Shown piece by piece: positions 23,128-33,668 of a DNA stretch of 64,000 nt. The DNA comes from an uncultured Burkholderiaceae bacterium. GTDB lineage: Bacteria > Pseudomonadota > Gammaproteobacteria > Burkholderiales > Burkholderiaceae. Both the position numbers and the translations under genes were made by a program. Location: contig CBIHRA010000010.1 of NCBI GenBank assembly GCA_966212325.1, forward strand, positions 59,544 to 123,543, written 5' to 3'. The notes under the pieces were generated by a model that saw only the letters and a program-made list of their open reading frames with translations, searched no databases and had not been told where the DNA came from. Position 1 is the first letter of the stretch; each line of letters begins with the position of its first letter.

Positions 23128-25020
23128 ATGACCGACAACAACCAAGAGAGTCCTGGTCGACACTCGCTTTCGGCCCTCACGTTGGCAGCGATCGGCGTGG
23201 TGTACGGCGATATCGGCACGAGCCCGCTCTATGCACTCAAAGAAGCGTTCAGTCCGGCTCATGGAATCCCGTTGACGGAGAACTCGATTCTCGGTGTGCT
23301 GTCGCTGCTGTTCTGGGCAATGGCGTTTGTCGTGGCGATCAAGTACGTGCTGTTCGTGATGCGGGCCGACAACAACGGCGAGGGCGGGGTGCTCGCGCTG
23401 ATGGCGTTGTCGCTGCGCCCGTTCTCGTCCACCTCTCGCGTGGCGGGCACGCTGATGATGCTCGGCATTTTCGGCGCGTGCATGTTTTACGGCGACGCCG
23501 TCATCACGCCGGCCATCTCGGTTATGTCCGCGGTGGAGGGGCTCGAGATCGCCACGCCCGAGTTTTCGCACTTGGTGCTGCCGCTGACCATCGTCATCCT
23601 CATCTCGTTGTTTTGGATTCAGCGTCACGGGACTGCGCTGGTGGGCAAACTGTTCGGCCCCATCATGATCATCTGGTTCGCTACGATCGCCGCCCTCGGG
23701 CTCGTGCATATCGTGCGCGCGCCTGCGGTCATCGCGGCGTTGAATCCCTACTACGCCGTGTCGTTCATGAGCGAGCATCTGCTCCAGGCGTATGTCGTGC
23801 TCGGTTCGATCTTTCTGGTTTTGACGGGCTCCGAGGCGCTTTATGCCGACATGGGCCACTTCGGCGCTCGTCCGATTCGCATCGCTTGGTACGGCCTCGT
23901 CATGCCGGGCCTGGTGCTCAATTATTTCGGCCAAGGCGCATTGCTGCTGAACGAGCCCAAGGCGATCTCCAACCCGTTCTTTCTGATGACGCCCGATTGG
24001 GCGACGCTGCCGCTCGTCGTGCTTTCGACGGTCGCAACCGTAATCGCTTCGCAGGCTGTGATTTCGGGCGCCTATTCGCTCACGAGCCAAGCGATCCAGC
24101 TAGGCTACGTGCCGCGCATGAAGATCCTGCACACTTCGGATCTCTCTATCGGCCAGATCTACGTTCCTGTCGTCAACTGGCTGCTCCTGTTCGTGATCAT
24201 TATCGTCGTGCTTGGCTTCAAGAGCTCGGATAGCCTTGCCGCCGCGTACGGCATCGCCGTGACGACGACCATGGTCATCACGACCGTCCTCGTTTGCGTC
24301 GTGATGGTCAAGGTATGGAACTGGAATAAAGTGCTTGTTGCGATCATCATCGCGTCGTTCATCACCGTCGACTTGGCTTTCTTCGGCGCGAACTTGTTGA
24401 AGGTCGCCGAAGGCGGCTGGCTGCCGCTCGGCATCGGGGCCGTGTTGTTTTTCCTGCTGATGACTTGGTACAAGGGGCGACAACTCGTCAAACAACGCAC
24501 CGCAGCCGACGGTATTCCGCTCGCACCGTTCGTGCAGGGCCTGCTCGCTCATCCGCCGCACCGTGTCTCCGGCACGGCCATTTACCTGACGGGGAGCGAT
24601 TCGCTCGTACCGGTCAGTCTGCTGCACAACTTAAAGCACAATAAGGTGCTTCACGAGCGCACGATTTTCCTGACGTTCGTGACGCTCGACATCCCTTATG
24701 TCAAAGATGACCAGCGCATCACGCTCAAGGACGTCGGCGGCGGCATGTATCTCGTTAAAGCGGCTTACGGTTTCAATGAGACGCCCGACGTGAAAGCGGT
24801 GGTATTCGAGCTCGAGCGTGCGTACGGCATGCAGTTCGAACTCATGGATACGTCGTTCTTCCTTGCGCGCGAGACGGTCGTGCCGACGCAGTTGCCGGGG
24901 ATGTCGATCCTGCGCGAGCGCGTGTTCGCTTGGATGCATCAAAACGCGGCCAAGCCCACGGACTTCTTCAGTATCCCTGCCAATCGAGTCGTCGAACTGG
25001 GAACGAAGATCGAAATTTGA
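23128..25020 (+). CDS. kup: KUP/HAK/KT family potassium transporter Kup
   Basis: [13 protein letters not shown] motif, about 12 TM segments and a cytoplasmic C-domain, 630 aa. Confidence 0.96.
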   Translation: MTDNNQESPGRHSLSALTLAAIGVVYGDIGTSPLYALKEAFSPAHGIPLTENSILGVLSLLFWAMAFVVAIKYVLFVMRADNNGEGGVLALMALSLRPFSSTSRVAGTLMMLGIFGACMFYGDAVITPAISVMSAVEGLEIATPEFSHLVLPLTIVILISLFWIQRHGTALVGKLFGPIMIIWFATIAALGLVHIVRAPAVIAALNPYYAVSFMSEHLLQAYVVLGSIFLVLTGSEALYADMGHFGARPIRIAWYGLVMPGLVLNYFGQGALLLNEPKAISNPFFLMTPDWATLPLVVLSTVATVIASQAVISGAYSLTSQAIQLGYVPRMKILHTSDLSIGQIYVPVVNWLLLFVIIIVVLGFKSSDSLAAAYGIAVTTTMVITTVLVCVVMVKVWNWNKVLVAIIIASFITVDLAFFGANLLKVAEGGWLPLGIGAVLFFLLMTWYKGRQLVKQRTAADGIPLAPFVQGLLAHPPHRVSGTAIYLTGSDSLVPVSLLHNLKHNKVLHERTIFLTFVTLDIPYVKDDQRITLKDVGGGMYLVKAAYGFNETPDVKAVVFELERAYGMQFELMDTSFFLARETVVPTQLPGMSILRERVFAWMHQNAAKPTDFFSIPANRVVELGTKIEI

Positions 25021-25121
25021 GTGAGGAGGGGCCATCCTTCGCCCCGCTTCCGCGCGTCGTCGCAGTTGACGCGCGACGTCATAAAAGAATAGCCCGCGTC
25101 TGCGTTAGGTCGTGAACCGCA

Positions 25122-25161
25122 CCCCAAAAGTTGGACACCGATCCAACCTTTGGGGTTTTTT
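25122..25161 (+). terminator. Rho-independent terminator downstream of kup
   Basis: A 14-bp stem (CCCCAAAAGTTGGA ... TCCAACCTTTGGGG) is followed by TTTTTT. Confidence 0.8.
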
Positions 25162-25309
25162 GCATGACGGAGTACGGCAAGCAATTCCGGCGGCACGCAC
25201 TGGATGAGCACAACCGATGCGAAGGGACGGCCCCGAAGCGAGGCCGTCAGCAAAAAACTACCGAGGCAGGGCCGATAGGCGCGTGAGTCGGTGCCGAGTG
25301 GCGTTAGGC

Positions 25310-27640
25310 TCAGCGCTGTTTGAGCTTCGCAAATGCCGCAGCCATCGCGCCGGCCGGTTCCGATTCGCGCCCGCGCTGCTGACCGCGTGCGGCATTGCCG
25401 GGCCGGGCGCCGCCACGGTCGTCACGCACCGCGCCGCGCGGGGCCGGCGCCGCATCGTCCGCCAAGCGCATCGTCAATGCGATCCGTTGACGCTTGACGT
25501 CGACGTCGAGCACCTTGACTTTCACGACCTGGCCCGCTTTGACGACTTCGTGCGGATCCTTGATGAACTTCGTCGACATGGCCGACACATGGACGAGCCC
25601 GTCCTGATGCACGCCGATATCGACGAACGCGCCGAATGCCGCCACGTTCGTGACCACGCCTTCGAGCACCATGCCAGGCGCGAGGTCGGAGATCTTCTCG
25701 ACCCCCTCGAGGAACGTCGCCGTCTTGAATTCGGGGCGGGGATCGCGGCCTGGCTTTTCGAGTTCGGACAGGATGTCGCGAACGGTAGGCAGGCCGAAAC
25801 GATCGTCGACGAATTCCGTAGGCGAGAGGCCGGAGAGTGCTTCGCGGTTGCCCAGCACGTCGCCGATCTGTTTGCGAATCTTTGCGAGCATGCGCTCGAC
25901 CACCGGGTACGCCTCCGGGTGGACGGACGAGCGATCGAGCGGATTGTCGCCCCCGTTGATGCGCAAGAAGCCCGCTGCCTGCTCGAATGTCTTGTCGCCC
26001 AGACGCGGCACTTTTCGCAGATGTTCGCGCGAAGGGAAGGGGCCGTTGGCGTCGCGGAATTCGACGATGTTGCGAGCAAGCGTGCTGTTCAGCCCAGACA
26101 CGCGAGCAAGGAGGGCGACCGAGGCCGTGTTGGCGTCGACGCCGACCGCGTTCACGCAGTCCTCGACGACGGCGTCGAGCGCGCGCGCGAGCTCGCGCTG
26201 ATTGACGTCGTGCTGATACTGGCCGACACCGATCGCTTTCGGCTCGATCTTGACGAGCTCGGCGAGCGGGTCTTGCAAGCGGCGGGCAATCGAAACGGCG
26301 CCGCGCAACGAAACGTCGAGCTCAGGGAACTCCTTCGCGGCCAACTCCGACGCCGAGTAGACCGATGCGCCGGCTTCGGAGACGACGATTTTCTGCAACT
26401 TGAGCTCGGGATGGCGCGTCATGAGTTCGCTCGCGAGCTTATCCGTTTCGCGGGATGCCGTGCCGTTCCCTATGCTGATGAGCTCCGCCTGCGTCTGCGC
26501 CGCGATGCGCGCGAGCTTGGCGATGGAGCCGTCCCAGTCGCGGCGCGGCTCATGCGGATAGATGGTGTCGGTTGCGAGCAGCTTGCCCGTTCGATCGACG
26601 ACGGCGACCTTGACGCCCGTACGCAAGCCCGGATCGAGCCCGATGACGGCCTTCGGTCCGGCCGGCGCGGCGAGCAGCAGATCCTTCAAATTGCGCGCGA
26701 AGACGCGGATCGCCTCGTGTTCGGCCGTCTCGCGCAATTGCGTCAGCAACTCGTTTTCGAGATGCGGCTGCACCTTGACGCGCCAGCACCAGCGGCAGAC
26801 GTCGGAGAGCCATTTGTCGGCCGGACGGTTTTGATTCGAGATGCCGACGTGGCGCGCGATCATCGCTTCGCAGGGATGGGGCACCTGCGCATCGAGTTCT
26901 TCGCCCAGCCCGAGCTTGATCATCAGTACCCCTGCGTTACGCCCGCGAAACAGCGCGAGCGCGCGGTGCGAGGGGACGGTCTTCAGCGTCTCGGCGTAGT
27001 CGTAGTAGTCGCGGAATTTCTCGCCTTCTTCGCTTTCTTTGCCGTCGACGACCGACGAGGAGACGATGCCGCGATCCGACAGATAGTCGCGCAGCTTGCC
27101 GAGCAATTCGGCCGTTTCGCCGAATTGCTCGGACAGGATATCGCGTGCGCCGTCCAACGCGGCTTTGACGTCCGCCACGCCTTTTTCGGCGTCGACATAG
27201 GCTGCGGCTTCCGTTTGCGGGTCGAGACGCGGATCGGCCAACAATGCCTGAGCCAGGGGTTCGAGCCCGGCTTCGCGGGCGATTTGAGCCCGCGTGCGGC
27301 GCTTGGGCTTATAGGGCAGGTACAAATCTTCGAGCACTTGCTTGCTGTCCGCCGCGTCGATCGCGGCGCGCAACTCGTCGGTCAGTTTGCCTTGCTCCTC
27401 GATGCTGGCGAGAATCGTCGCGCGCCGATCCTCCATTTCGCGCAAATAGAGCAAGCGCTCTTCCAACTGCCGCAATTGCGTGTCGTCGAGATTGCCTGTG
27501 ACTTCCTTGCGGTAGCGGGCGATGAACGGAACGGTGGCGCCTTCGTCGAGCAGTTGCACGGCCGCTGCCACTTGGCGCGGCTGCACGGTCAACTCGGTGG
27601 CGATGCGCTGTACGATCTTGAGAGCTACGGAGTCCGTCAT
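25310..27640 (-). CDS. tex: Transcription accessory protein Tex (YqgF/HhH/S1 domains)
   Basis: It starts [17 protein letters not shown] and has a C-terminal S1 domain ([21 protein letters not shown]). At 776 aa it is the 3' part of the 1139-aa track ORF. Confidence 0.94.
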   Translation of the reverse strand: MTDSVALKIVQRIATELTVQPRQVAAAVQLLDEGATVPFIARYRKEVTGNLDDTQLRQLEERLLYLREMEDRRATILASIEEQGKLTDELRAAIDAADSKQVLEDLYLPYKPKRRTRAQIAREAGLEPLAQALLADPRLDPQTEAAAYVDAEKGVADVKAALDGARDILSEQFGETAELLGKLRDYLSDRGIVSSSVVDGKESEEGEKFRDYYDYAETLKTVPSHRALALFRGRNAGVLMIKLGLGEELDAQVPHPCEAMIARHVGISNQNRPADKWLSDVCRWCWRVKVQPHLENELLTQLRETAEHEAIRVFARNLKDLLLAAPAGPKAVIGLDPGLRTGVKVAVVDRTGKLLATDTIYPHEPRRDWDGSIAKLARIAAQTQAELISIGNGTASRETDKLASELMTRHPELKLQKIVVSEAGASVYSASELAAKEFPELDVSLRGAVSIARRLQDPLAELVKIEPKAIGVGQYQHDVNQRELARALDAVVEDCVNAVGVDANTASVALLARVSGLNSTLARNIVEFRDANGPFPSREHLRKVPRLGDKTFEQAAGFLRINGGDNPLDRSSVHPEAYPVVERMLAKIRKQIGDVLGNREALSGLSPTEFVDDRFGLPTVRDILSELEKPGRDPRPEFKTATFLEGVEKISDLAPGMVLEGVVTNVAAFGAFVDIGVHQDGLVHVSAMSTKFIKDPHEVVKAGQVVKVKVLDVDVKRQRIALTMRLADDAAPAPRGAVRDDRGGARPGNAARGQQRGRESEPAGAMAAAFAKLKQR

Positions 27641-27778
27641 AGAAGAAGCAATGGGCTGCGGGGCCTCGCGCGGCGCGCTGCCGGAAAGCGGTAACGCGGG
27701 CCCGAGGCCGGGTGGCTGAAGCGGCGCATTTTGCCATAAATGCTCGGGGGGTCGGGCGCGGGTGTTAGAATTTCGACC

Positions 27779-28579
27779 ATGTTCCGATCCCCGCCTACGA
27801 CGTTGCCAACCTCCCGTTTTATCGTCGCGCTGCGCGGCGCCATTCTGGCCGCGGCGGCATTCGCATGGCCGCTCGGTATGCCCGCCGTGGCGTTCGCACA
27901 AGACGTGCCCGGGGCTCCCGCAAGCGGCGCCGTAGCCGCCCAGGCGAGCGATTTCAACGCGCGTCAGAAGGCGCTCGATGCCCGCACGGCCGAGAACGAC
28001 TACGTGTACGGCGTCGCCGTTCACAACTGCTATAGCAAGTTTTTCGTGAATGCCTGCCTGGGCCGTGCGCGCGGCAAAATGCGCGCGGTTCGAGGCCGGA
28101 TCCATGCCGAGCAACTCGCCCTGGACGACGAGCGTCGCTCCGCGCGCGCGCAGCAGCGTGACGAGCAAGAAGCCCTGCAGCGCGCACGCGCCGCGCAAGA
28201 AGCGCCGCAGCGTGCGGCCGCCGAGGCGCGTAGCGCGCAAGCCTACGAGGACAAGCAGCGCCAGCACGAACTCGACCAGGCACAGCGCGGAGCCGAAGCG
28301 CCGCAGCGCGCGGCGAACCAGGCGGCGTACGACCGAAAGCAGGCCGACTTCCAGCGCAAGCTCGACGAGGCGCGGCAAAATGCAGCTCAGGACGCGAAGG
28401 AACGGGCCGAGCGTGCGCGGCGCTTCGAGGAAAAGCAAACCGATGCGCAGCAGCACAAGGCCGACGTCGAGGCGCGGCAAAAGCAGGCTGCGCAAAAGGC
28501 CCAGGAAAAGCAGCGGGAACAAATGCAACAGCAGCAGGAACAGCAAAAGCGCTTGCAGCAGGAGCAAGACAGCGACTGA
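27779..28579 (+). CDS. Secreted hypothetical protein with long Gln/Arg/Ala/Glu-rich coiled-coil tail
   Basis: It has a signal peptide (..[19 protein letters not shown]) and a short Cys-containing domain, followed by about 170 aa of QRAxE-type low complexity. GC3 favours the + strand. Confidence 0.6.
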   Translation: MFRSPPTTLPTSRFIVALRGAILAAAAFAWPLGMPAVAFAQDVPGAPASGAVAAQASDFNARQKALDARTAENDYVYGVAVHNCYSKFFVNACLGRARGKMRAVRGRIHAEQLALDDERRSARAQQRDEQEALQRARAAQEAPQRAAAEARSAQAYEDKQRQHELDQAQRGAEAPQRAANQAAYDRKQADFQRKLDEARQNAAQDAKERAERARRFEEKQTDAQQHKADVEARQKQAAQKAQEKQREQMQQQQEQQKRLQQEQDSD

Positions 28580-28660
28580 AGCAGGGCCTTTGCCGGACGG
28601 CAACCTCAGGCGCGGCGGCCGCATGGGCGGCTTAGCGCCTAACGAACCGAGGAGGCGACC

Positions 28661-28876
28661 ATGCGCAGCCATCAGGCGATCCAACCCGATACGCTCCGTA
28701 ACCGCATCTCGCAGTTGCAGTCGGAGCACAACGAACTCGATCGCATGATCGACAGATTGGCGAGCGCCTCGGACATTACCGACCTTGAGTTACGGCGTCT
28801 GAAAAAACGCAAGCTCAAGGTCAAAGACGACATCTTGTTGCTGCAATTGCAGCTCGAACCGGACAAGCACGCGTAA
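28661..28876 (+). CDS. DUF465 (YdcH-like) small protein
   Basis: The 71-aa sequence ..[15 protein letters not shown]...[18 protein letters not shown] matches the DUF465 pattern. GAGGAGG lies upstream. Confidence 0.75.
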   Translation: MRSHQAIQPDTLRNRISQLQSEHNELDRMIDRLASASDITDLELRRLKKRKLKVKDDILLLQLQLEPDKHA

Positions 28877-28940
28877 GCGGCGAGCGGGCAGGCGTTCTCG
28901 CCGCGCGCTTCGCGCCGGTCATTGCAGGGAAACGCTTGCC

Positions 28941-31271
28941 TTGAACTCACCGCTCGATGCCACTTCCAGCGCGCCGCACGCCGCGGCGCCGAACTTGCCC
29001 GAGGCGGCCGATGACGGCGCCGCGCAGCGGGCGTCTTCCGCGCGCTCGGGCCGTGCTCCGCACGCGCTTGCGGCGTCGCTCGCGCCGCGTCGGCGCAGCG
29101 AACTGGACACGATCTTCGCCAACGACGGGTTGCTCGCACGTGCGATCGACGGCTACCGGCCCCGCGCGTCGCAAATCGAGATGGCTTGCGCCGTGGCCGC
29201 CGCGATGGAGGCTTCGGGGCGCGCCATGCAGGAGCCCGCGATGTTCGAAGCGGCGCGACGCCCGGCGCGGCGCTTGCGCACGGACTCCGACGCGCAAGCG
29301 GCGGCCGATCGCGCTTCTCCGCCCGAAGCAAGCGAAGACGAAGGGGGCGCCGGGGAAAACACGCTCATCGTCGAGGCCGGCACGGGGACCGGCAAGACGT
29401 ACGCGTATCTCGTTCCCGCCATGCTGTGGGGCGGCAAGGTTATCGTCTCGACGGGCACCAAACACCTGCAAGATCAGCTTTTCCAACGCGACATTCCCAC
29501 GGTGCGCGATGCGCTGGCCGTCCCGGTATCGGTGGCGATGCTCAAGGGGCGAGCCAACTACCTTTGCCACTATTATCTGCAGCGCACGGCCGACAACGGC
29601 AGGCTGCCTTCACGTCAAGACACGGCGTATTTGCAAGATATCGTCCGCTTCGCCAAGATCACGCGGACAGGGGACAAGGCCGAACTGGCGAGCGTGCCGG
29701 AGACAGCGCCCGTTTGGTCGATGGTGACGTCGACGCGAGAGAACTGTCTGGGGCAAGAATGCCCGCATTACAAAGAGTGCTCTGTCATGCAGGCACGGCG
29801 CGAGGCGCAACAGGCCGACATCGTCGTCGTCAATCACCACTTGTTTTTTGCGGACATCATGTTGCGCGACACGGGCATGGCTGAATTGTTGCCCACCGCC
29901 AATACGATCGTCTTCGACGAAGCGCATCAGCTGCCCGAGACCGCTACGCTGTTTTTCGGCGAAACGCTGTCGACCACGCAACTGCTGGAACTGGCCCGCG
30001 ATTCGGTCGCCGAGGGGCTTGCGCATGCACGCGATGCGGTCGAATGGGTCAAGGTGGGGGCCGCGTTGGAGCGTGCGGCTCGCGATGTCCGGCTGGCCTT
30101 CAAGGACGACAGCCTGCGCGTATCGGCCGCGCAGCTCGGCGAGGACCACCCGCTCCATGGCGCGCTGGACGCGCTGGAGGAAGCGCTCGACGCGTTGGCG
30201 AGCGCGCTCGCGGGTCACGCCGAGCGGGCCGAATCGTTGGGCGCTTGTCTTCGTCGCGCGCGAGAGCTTCAGGACCAGCTTGCACGATGGACGACGTTGC
30301 CGGGCGGCGACGCGCCCGGTTCGTCGCCGGCTGCCGCCTCGAGAGCGGGGAATGGCGAATCGGAGAAGGGCTCGTCGGCACAGACCGATCCGAACGAACG
30401 CATCCGGTGGGTCGAAGTGTTCGCCCATTCGGTGCAGTTGCATGAGACGCCGTTGTCGGTCGCGCCCATTTTTGCGAAGCAGCGCGCGGGGGTGCCCCGC
30501 GCCTGGATATTCACGTCGGCGACCTTGTCGGTGCGTGGCGATTTCACGCACTATGCTGCTCAGATGGGCCTCGACGCGCGCCGCTCGATGACGTTGCCAA
30601 GCCCGTTCGATTACGGCACGCAAGGCTTGCTCTATGTGCCGCGCAATATGCCGCAGCCGTCGTCACCGGGATTTACCGACGCCGTCTTCGATGCCGCGCT
30701 GCCGGCGATCGAAGCGGCCGGCGGCGGTGTGTTCGTCTTGTGCACGACGTTGCGCGCGGTCGATCGTATCGCCGGAAAGCTTCGTGACGTCATCGAGGCG
30801 CGCGGATGGTCGACGCCGCTGCTCACGCAGGGCGATGCGAGCCGCACCGAGCTGCTCGATCGCTTCCGCGCGTATGGCAATGCGATTCTCGTCGGCAGTC
30901 AGAGTTTCTGGGAAGGGGTAGATGTACGCGGCGACGCACTTTCGCTTGTCGTCATCGATAAGCTGCCGTTCGCGCCGCCCGACGACCCTGTGCTGTCCGC
31001 CCGTCTCGACGCGTTGACCAAAAAGGGATTGAGTCCGTTCGCGGTCCATCAACTGCCTCAGGCCGTCATTACGCTGAAGCAGGGCGCCGGCCGCTTGATT
31101 CGCGCGGAAACGGATCGGGGCGTGCTGATGATCTGCGATACGCGGTTGGTCGATAAGCCGTACGGCCGTCGAATCTGGCAGAGCCTGCCGCCATTCAAAC
31201 GTACGCGCGAAATCGACGTAGTCCGAGAGTTTTTCGCCGACGGCGCTGCGGGGCGCGCAATAGGCGACTAG
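28941..31271 (+). CDS. dinG: ATP-dependent DNA helicase, DinG/YoaA (Rad3/XPD-like, Fe-S)
   Basis: Walker A AGTGTGKT, DEAH box (FDEAHQL), an Fe-S cysteine cluster (C..ENCLGQECPHYKEC) and helicase C motifs. The start is uncertain (TTG 28941). Confidence 0.88.
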   Translation: MNSPLDATSSAPHAAAPNLPEAADDGAAQRASSARSGRAPHALAASLAPRRRSELDTIFANDGLLARAIDGYRPRASQIEMACAVAAAMEASGRAMQEPAMFEAARRPARRLRTDSDAQAAADRASPPEASEDEGGAGENTLIVEAGTGTGKTYAYLVPAMLWGGKVIVSTGTKHLQDQLFQRDIPTVRDALAVPVSVAMLKGRANYLCHYYLQRTADNGRLPSRQDTAYLQDIVRFAKITRTGDKAELASVPETAPVWSMVTSTRENCLGQECPHYKECSVMQARREAQQADIVVVNHHLFFADIMLRDTGMAELLPTANTIVFDEAHQLPETATLFFGETLSTTQLLELARDSVAEGLAHARDAVEWVKVGAALERAARDVRLAFKDDSLRVSAAQLGEDHPLHGALDALEEALDALASALAGHAERAESLGACLRRARELQDQLARWTTLPGGDAPGSSPAAASRAGNGESEKGSSAQTDPNERIRWVEVFAHSVQLHETPLSVAPIFAKQRAGVPRAWIFTSATLSVRGDFTHYAAQMGLDARRSMTLPSPFDYGTQGLLYVPRNMPQPSSPGFTDAVFDAALPAIEAAGGGVFVLCTTLRAVDRIAGKLRDVIEARGWSTPLLTQGDASRTELLDRFRAYGNAILVGSQSFWEGVDVRGDALSLVVIDKLPFAPPDDPVLSARLDALTKKGLSPFAVHQLPQAVITLKQGAGRLIRAETDRGVLMICDTRLVDKPYGRRIWQSLPPFKRTREIDVVREFFADGAAGRAIGD

Positions 31272-31404
31272 GGCGACGCAGTCCTTCGCAGTCCTTGTGT
31301 GCGACGCCGGTCGGTACGGTCCTAGTGACGCGCGGCGGATTGAGCCGCATCGAGCCGGCGCCAGGCGATCGCGGCGTCCGCCGATGCACGCTGCGCCGCC
31401 AAAC

Positions 31405-31433
31405 AAAAAACCGGCTTCTGCAGCCGGTTTTTT
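31405..31433. terminator. Bidirectional intrinsic terminator between convergent dinG and bamD
   Basis: AAAAAA-CCGGCT-tctgc-AGCCGG-TTTTTT. Confidence 0.8.
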
Positions 31434-31488
31434 ATCGTGTCTTCGTCAAGCGAAGCGAATCAGAATCTTGCGCTTACGCTGCTCACAC

Positions 31489-32358
31489 TCAAAATTGCCA
31501 CCACGACTTCTTCGTGCCCGGGCGTGCATGCCCCGTGATGTACGGACTGTCGGGGAACGTGCCGGCGAGCACGCGACGCGTATCGTCGGCCAGCTTCTGT
31601 TCGTTGAGCTTCTGGTACGACAGCATCATGATGTGCAGCGCGTCTTCGATCGCCGGGGCGTTCTTGTACTCCTTGATCGCCAACTGAGCACGATTGATGG
31701 CCGCGACATAGGCGCCGCGGCGATAGTAGTAATCGGCGGCGTGTACTTCGTACGATGCGAGCGCGTTGACGATGTAGCGCATGCGCGCAGCGGCATCGGG
31801 CGCGTACTTGCTCTTCGGATATTTGTCGACGACGATCCTGAACGCATCGTAGGACTCGCGCAGCGATTTCGGGTCGCGCTCGCTCATGTCTTGGCCGGAA
31901 AAGCGGCCGAACAGACCGAGGTCGTCGTTGAAGTGGATCATCCCCTTCAGGTAGTACGCGTACGCAATATCCGGATGATCCGGATGCAGCCGGATGAAGC
32001 GATCGATCGCCTGATCGGCCGCGGCCGTTTCGCTGTCCTTCCAGTTGCAATAGGCGACGTTGATTTCGGCCTGTTGTGCGAAGTGGCCGAACGGGTCACG
32101 GCCTTCGAGCGCTTCGAAGTATTTCGCGCATTTGCCCCAGTCGCCGCCGGTCAAAGCGTCTTGCGCCTCCGAGTATAATTTGTTGTTTGGCCAGGCGGCC
32201 GTCTCGTCGGTCTTTTGCGGCAGGCCGTGGCAGCCCGCCACGAGCACCGCGGCCGCGGCGAGGGCAAGGCCGGCCGAAGCGGATTGAACCGCACGCTTCG
32301 CAGCGCGGCTCGCCGCGCACGAGGCCGTGCGCATCATGGTATTGAAGGCTCGCCGCAT
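31489..32358 (-). CDS. bamD: Outer-membrane protein assembly factor BamD (ComL/YfiO lipoprotein, TPR)
   Basis: It has a lipobox (LVAGC), TPR-like repeats and conserved divergent pairing with rluD. ATG 32358 is preceded by GGAGA. The ORF is open to TTG 32388. Confidence 0.88.
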   Translation of the reverse strand: MRRAFNTMMRTASCAASRAAKRAVQSASAGLALAAAAVLVAGCHGLPQKTDETAAWPNNKLYSEAQDALTGGDWGKCAKYFEALEGRDPFGHFAQQAEINVAYCNWKDSETAAADQAIDRFIRLHPDHPDIAYAYYLKGMIHFNDDLGLFGRFSGQDMSERDPKSLRESYDAFRIVVDKYPKSKYAPDAAARMRYIVNALASYEVHAADYYYRRGAYVAAINRAQLAIKEYKNAPAIEDALHIMMLSYQKLNEQKLADDTRRVLAGTFPDSPYITGHARPGTKKSWWQF

Positions 32359-32405
32359 TTCTCCGTGCATCCTAGCAATCAGTCTCAATCAGTGACCCAG
32401 TTTCA

Positions 32406-33620
32406 ATGACCCGCACACGTCCGTCTCGCAACATGCTCGGCCCTATCGATAGAAGCGACGATTATAGCCGAAGCGCAGGCGCCGCCGACGCATGCGAAGG
32501 CAAGCCCCAGAGCGATGCTGTCGACGCGCCCGCAAGCGCTGCGGCGCAGGCATCCTGCGGTGCGCCGCGCGTGGTGCTCGTGCCGGATGCGCTCGCCGGC
32601 GAGCGTCTGGATAAAGTGCTCGCCAAAGTGTTTCCCGAGTTTTCGCGCAGCAGGCTGCAAAGCTGGACCGAAGCGGGGCGTGTGCTGCTCAACGGCGCGC
32701 CGGCCAAAGTGCGGCAAGCCGTGCCGCTCGGCGCGCGTATCGAACTGACGCCCGATCTGCTTCCCGAGCAGCTCGCGTTTGCGCCTGAGCCCGTGCCGCT
32801 CGAGATCGTCTACGAGGACGACACGCTGCTCGTCGTCGACAAGCCGGCCGGTCTCGTGGTGCACCCGGCCGCGGGAAACTGGAGCGGCACGCTCTTGAAC
32901 GGTCTGCTGCATCGTTATCCCGACGCAGCGGGGCTGCCTCGGGCCGGCATCGTTCACCGGCTCGACAAGGAGACTTCGGGGCTCATGGTCGTCGCACGCA
33001 CGCTCGAAGCGCAGACCGACCTCGTCCGTCAATTGCAGGCGCGCACGGTCAAGCGCCGGTATGTCGCGCTCGTGTGGGGCGCGATGCCGGACGAAGGCGT
33101 CATCGACGCGCCGATCGGGCGCGACCCGCGCGAACGCACGCGGATGGCCGTCGTCGCGGGGGCAGCGGGCAAGAGCGCCCGCACGCGCTTTCGTCTAGTC
33201 GATCGAACCACTTGGCAGCAGCAGATCGTCAGCGCGATCCATTGCGACTTGGAAACGGGCCGCACGCATCAAATCCGCGTGCACTGTGCGCATGTGGGGC
33301 ACCCGCTTCTCGGCGATCCCGTGTACGGCAACGCGAGAGGGCGCCGCAGCGCTGCGCCGTTGCCCGGCGGCTTCGCACGGCAGGCGCTGCACGCGTGGCA
33401 GCTCGGCCTCGTGCATCCGCGATCGGGCCGGCCGATGCGCTGGCGCGCCGATCTGCCGGCCGACATGCAAGCGCTCGTGCAGGCGCTTGGTTTCGGACAG
33501 GAAACGGCAGCCTTCGAGTCGGAGCCGTTCCAATTCGATGAAGACGACGACTTCGAGTATGACGAATTCGAGGACGGCGAAGCCGAGGACGCGGACGATG
33601 CCGACGCCGACATCGAATAG
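32406..33620 (+). CDS. rluD: 23S rRNA pseudouridine synthase RluD with acidic C-terminal tail
   Basis: It has an S4 domain and RluA-family motifs ([14 protein letters not shown]; GRTHQIRVH), then the tail ..[28 protein letters not shown]. An alternative start is ATG 32433. Confidence 0.92.
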   Translation: MTRTRPSRNMLGPIDRSDDYSRSAGAADACEGKPQSDAVDAPASAAAQASCGAPRVVLVPDALAGERLDKVLAKVFPEFSRSRLQSWTEAGRVLLNGAPAKVRQAVPLGARIELTPDLLPEQLAFAPEPVPLEIVYEDDTLLVVDKPAGLVVHPAAGNWSGTLLNGLLHRYPDAAGLPRAGIVHRLDKETSGLMVVARTLEAQTDLVRQLQARTVKRRYVALVWGAMPDEGVIDAPIGRDPRERTRMAVVAGAAGKSARTRFRLVDRTTWQQQIVSAIHCDLETGRTHQIRVHCAHVGHPLLGDPVYGNARGRRSAAPLPGGFARQALHAWQLGLVHPRSGRPMRWRADLPADMQALVQALGFGQETAAFESEPFQFDEDDDFEYDEFEDGEAEDADDADADIE

Positions 33621-33656
33621 GACGTAGAGGACGTAGAGGACGTAGAGGACGTAGAG
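33621..33656. repeat. Perfect 9-bp tandem repeat (GACGTAGAG) x4
   Basis: Read directly. It starts at the base after the rluD TAG stop and ends 12 nt before the pgeF ATG. Confidence 0.97.
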
Positions 33657-33668
33657 GATGGAGTCTCG

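Noticed and set aside
25217-27694. An 825-aa + strand ORF overlapping tex
   Set aside because: It is antisense to Tex, with Arg/Asp/Leu-rich composition and no recognisable domains.
25310-28729. A 1139-aa minus-strand ORF that appears to be one giant protein
   Set aside because: Only the C-terminal 776 aa (from [10 protein letters not shown].., ATG 27640) is Tex. The upstream ~360 codons are Leu/Arg-rich antisense of the + strand Gln/Glu/Ala-rich gene and of intergenic DNA, open only because of codon composition.
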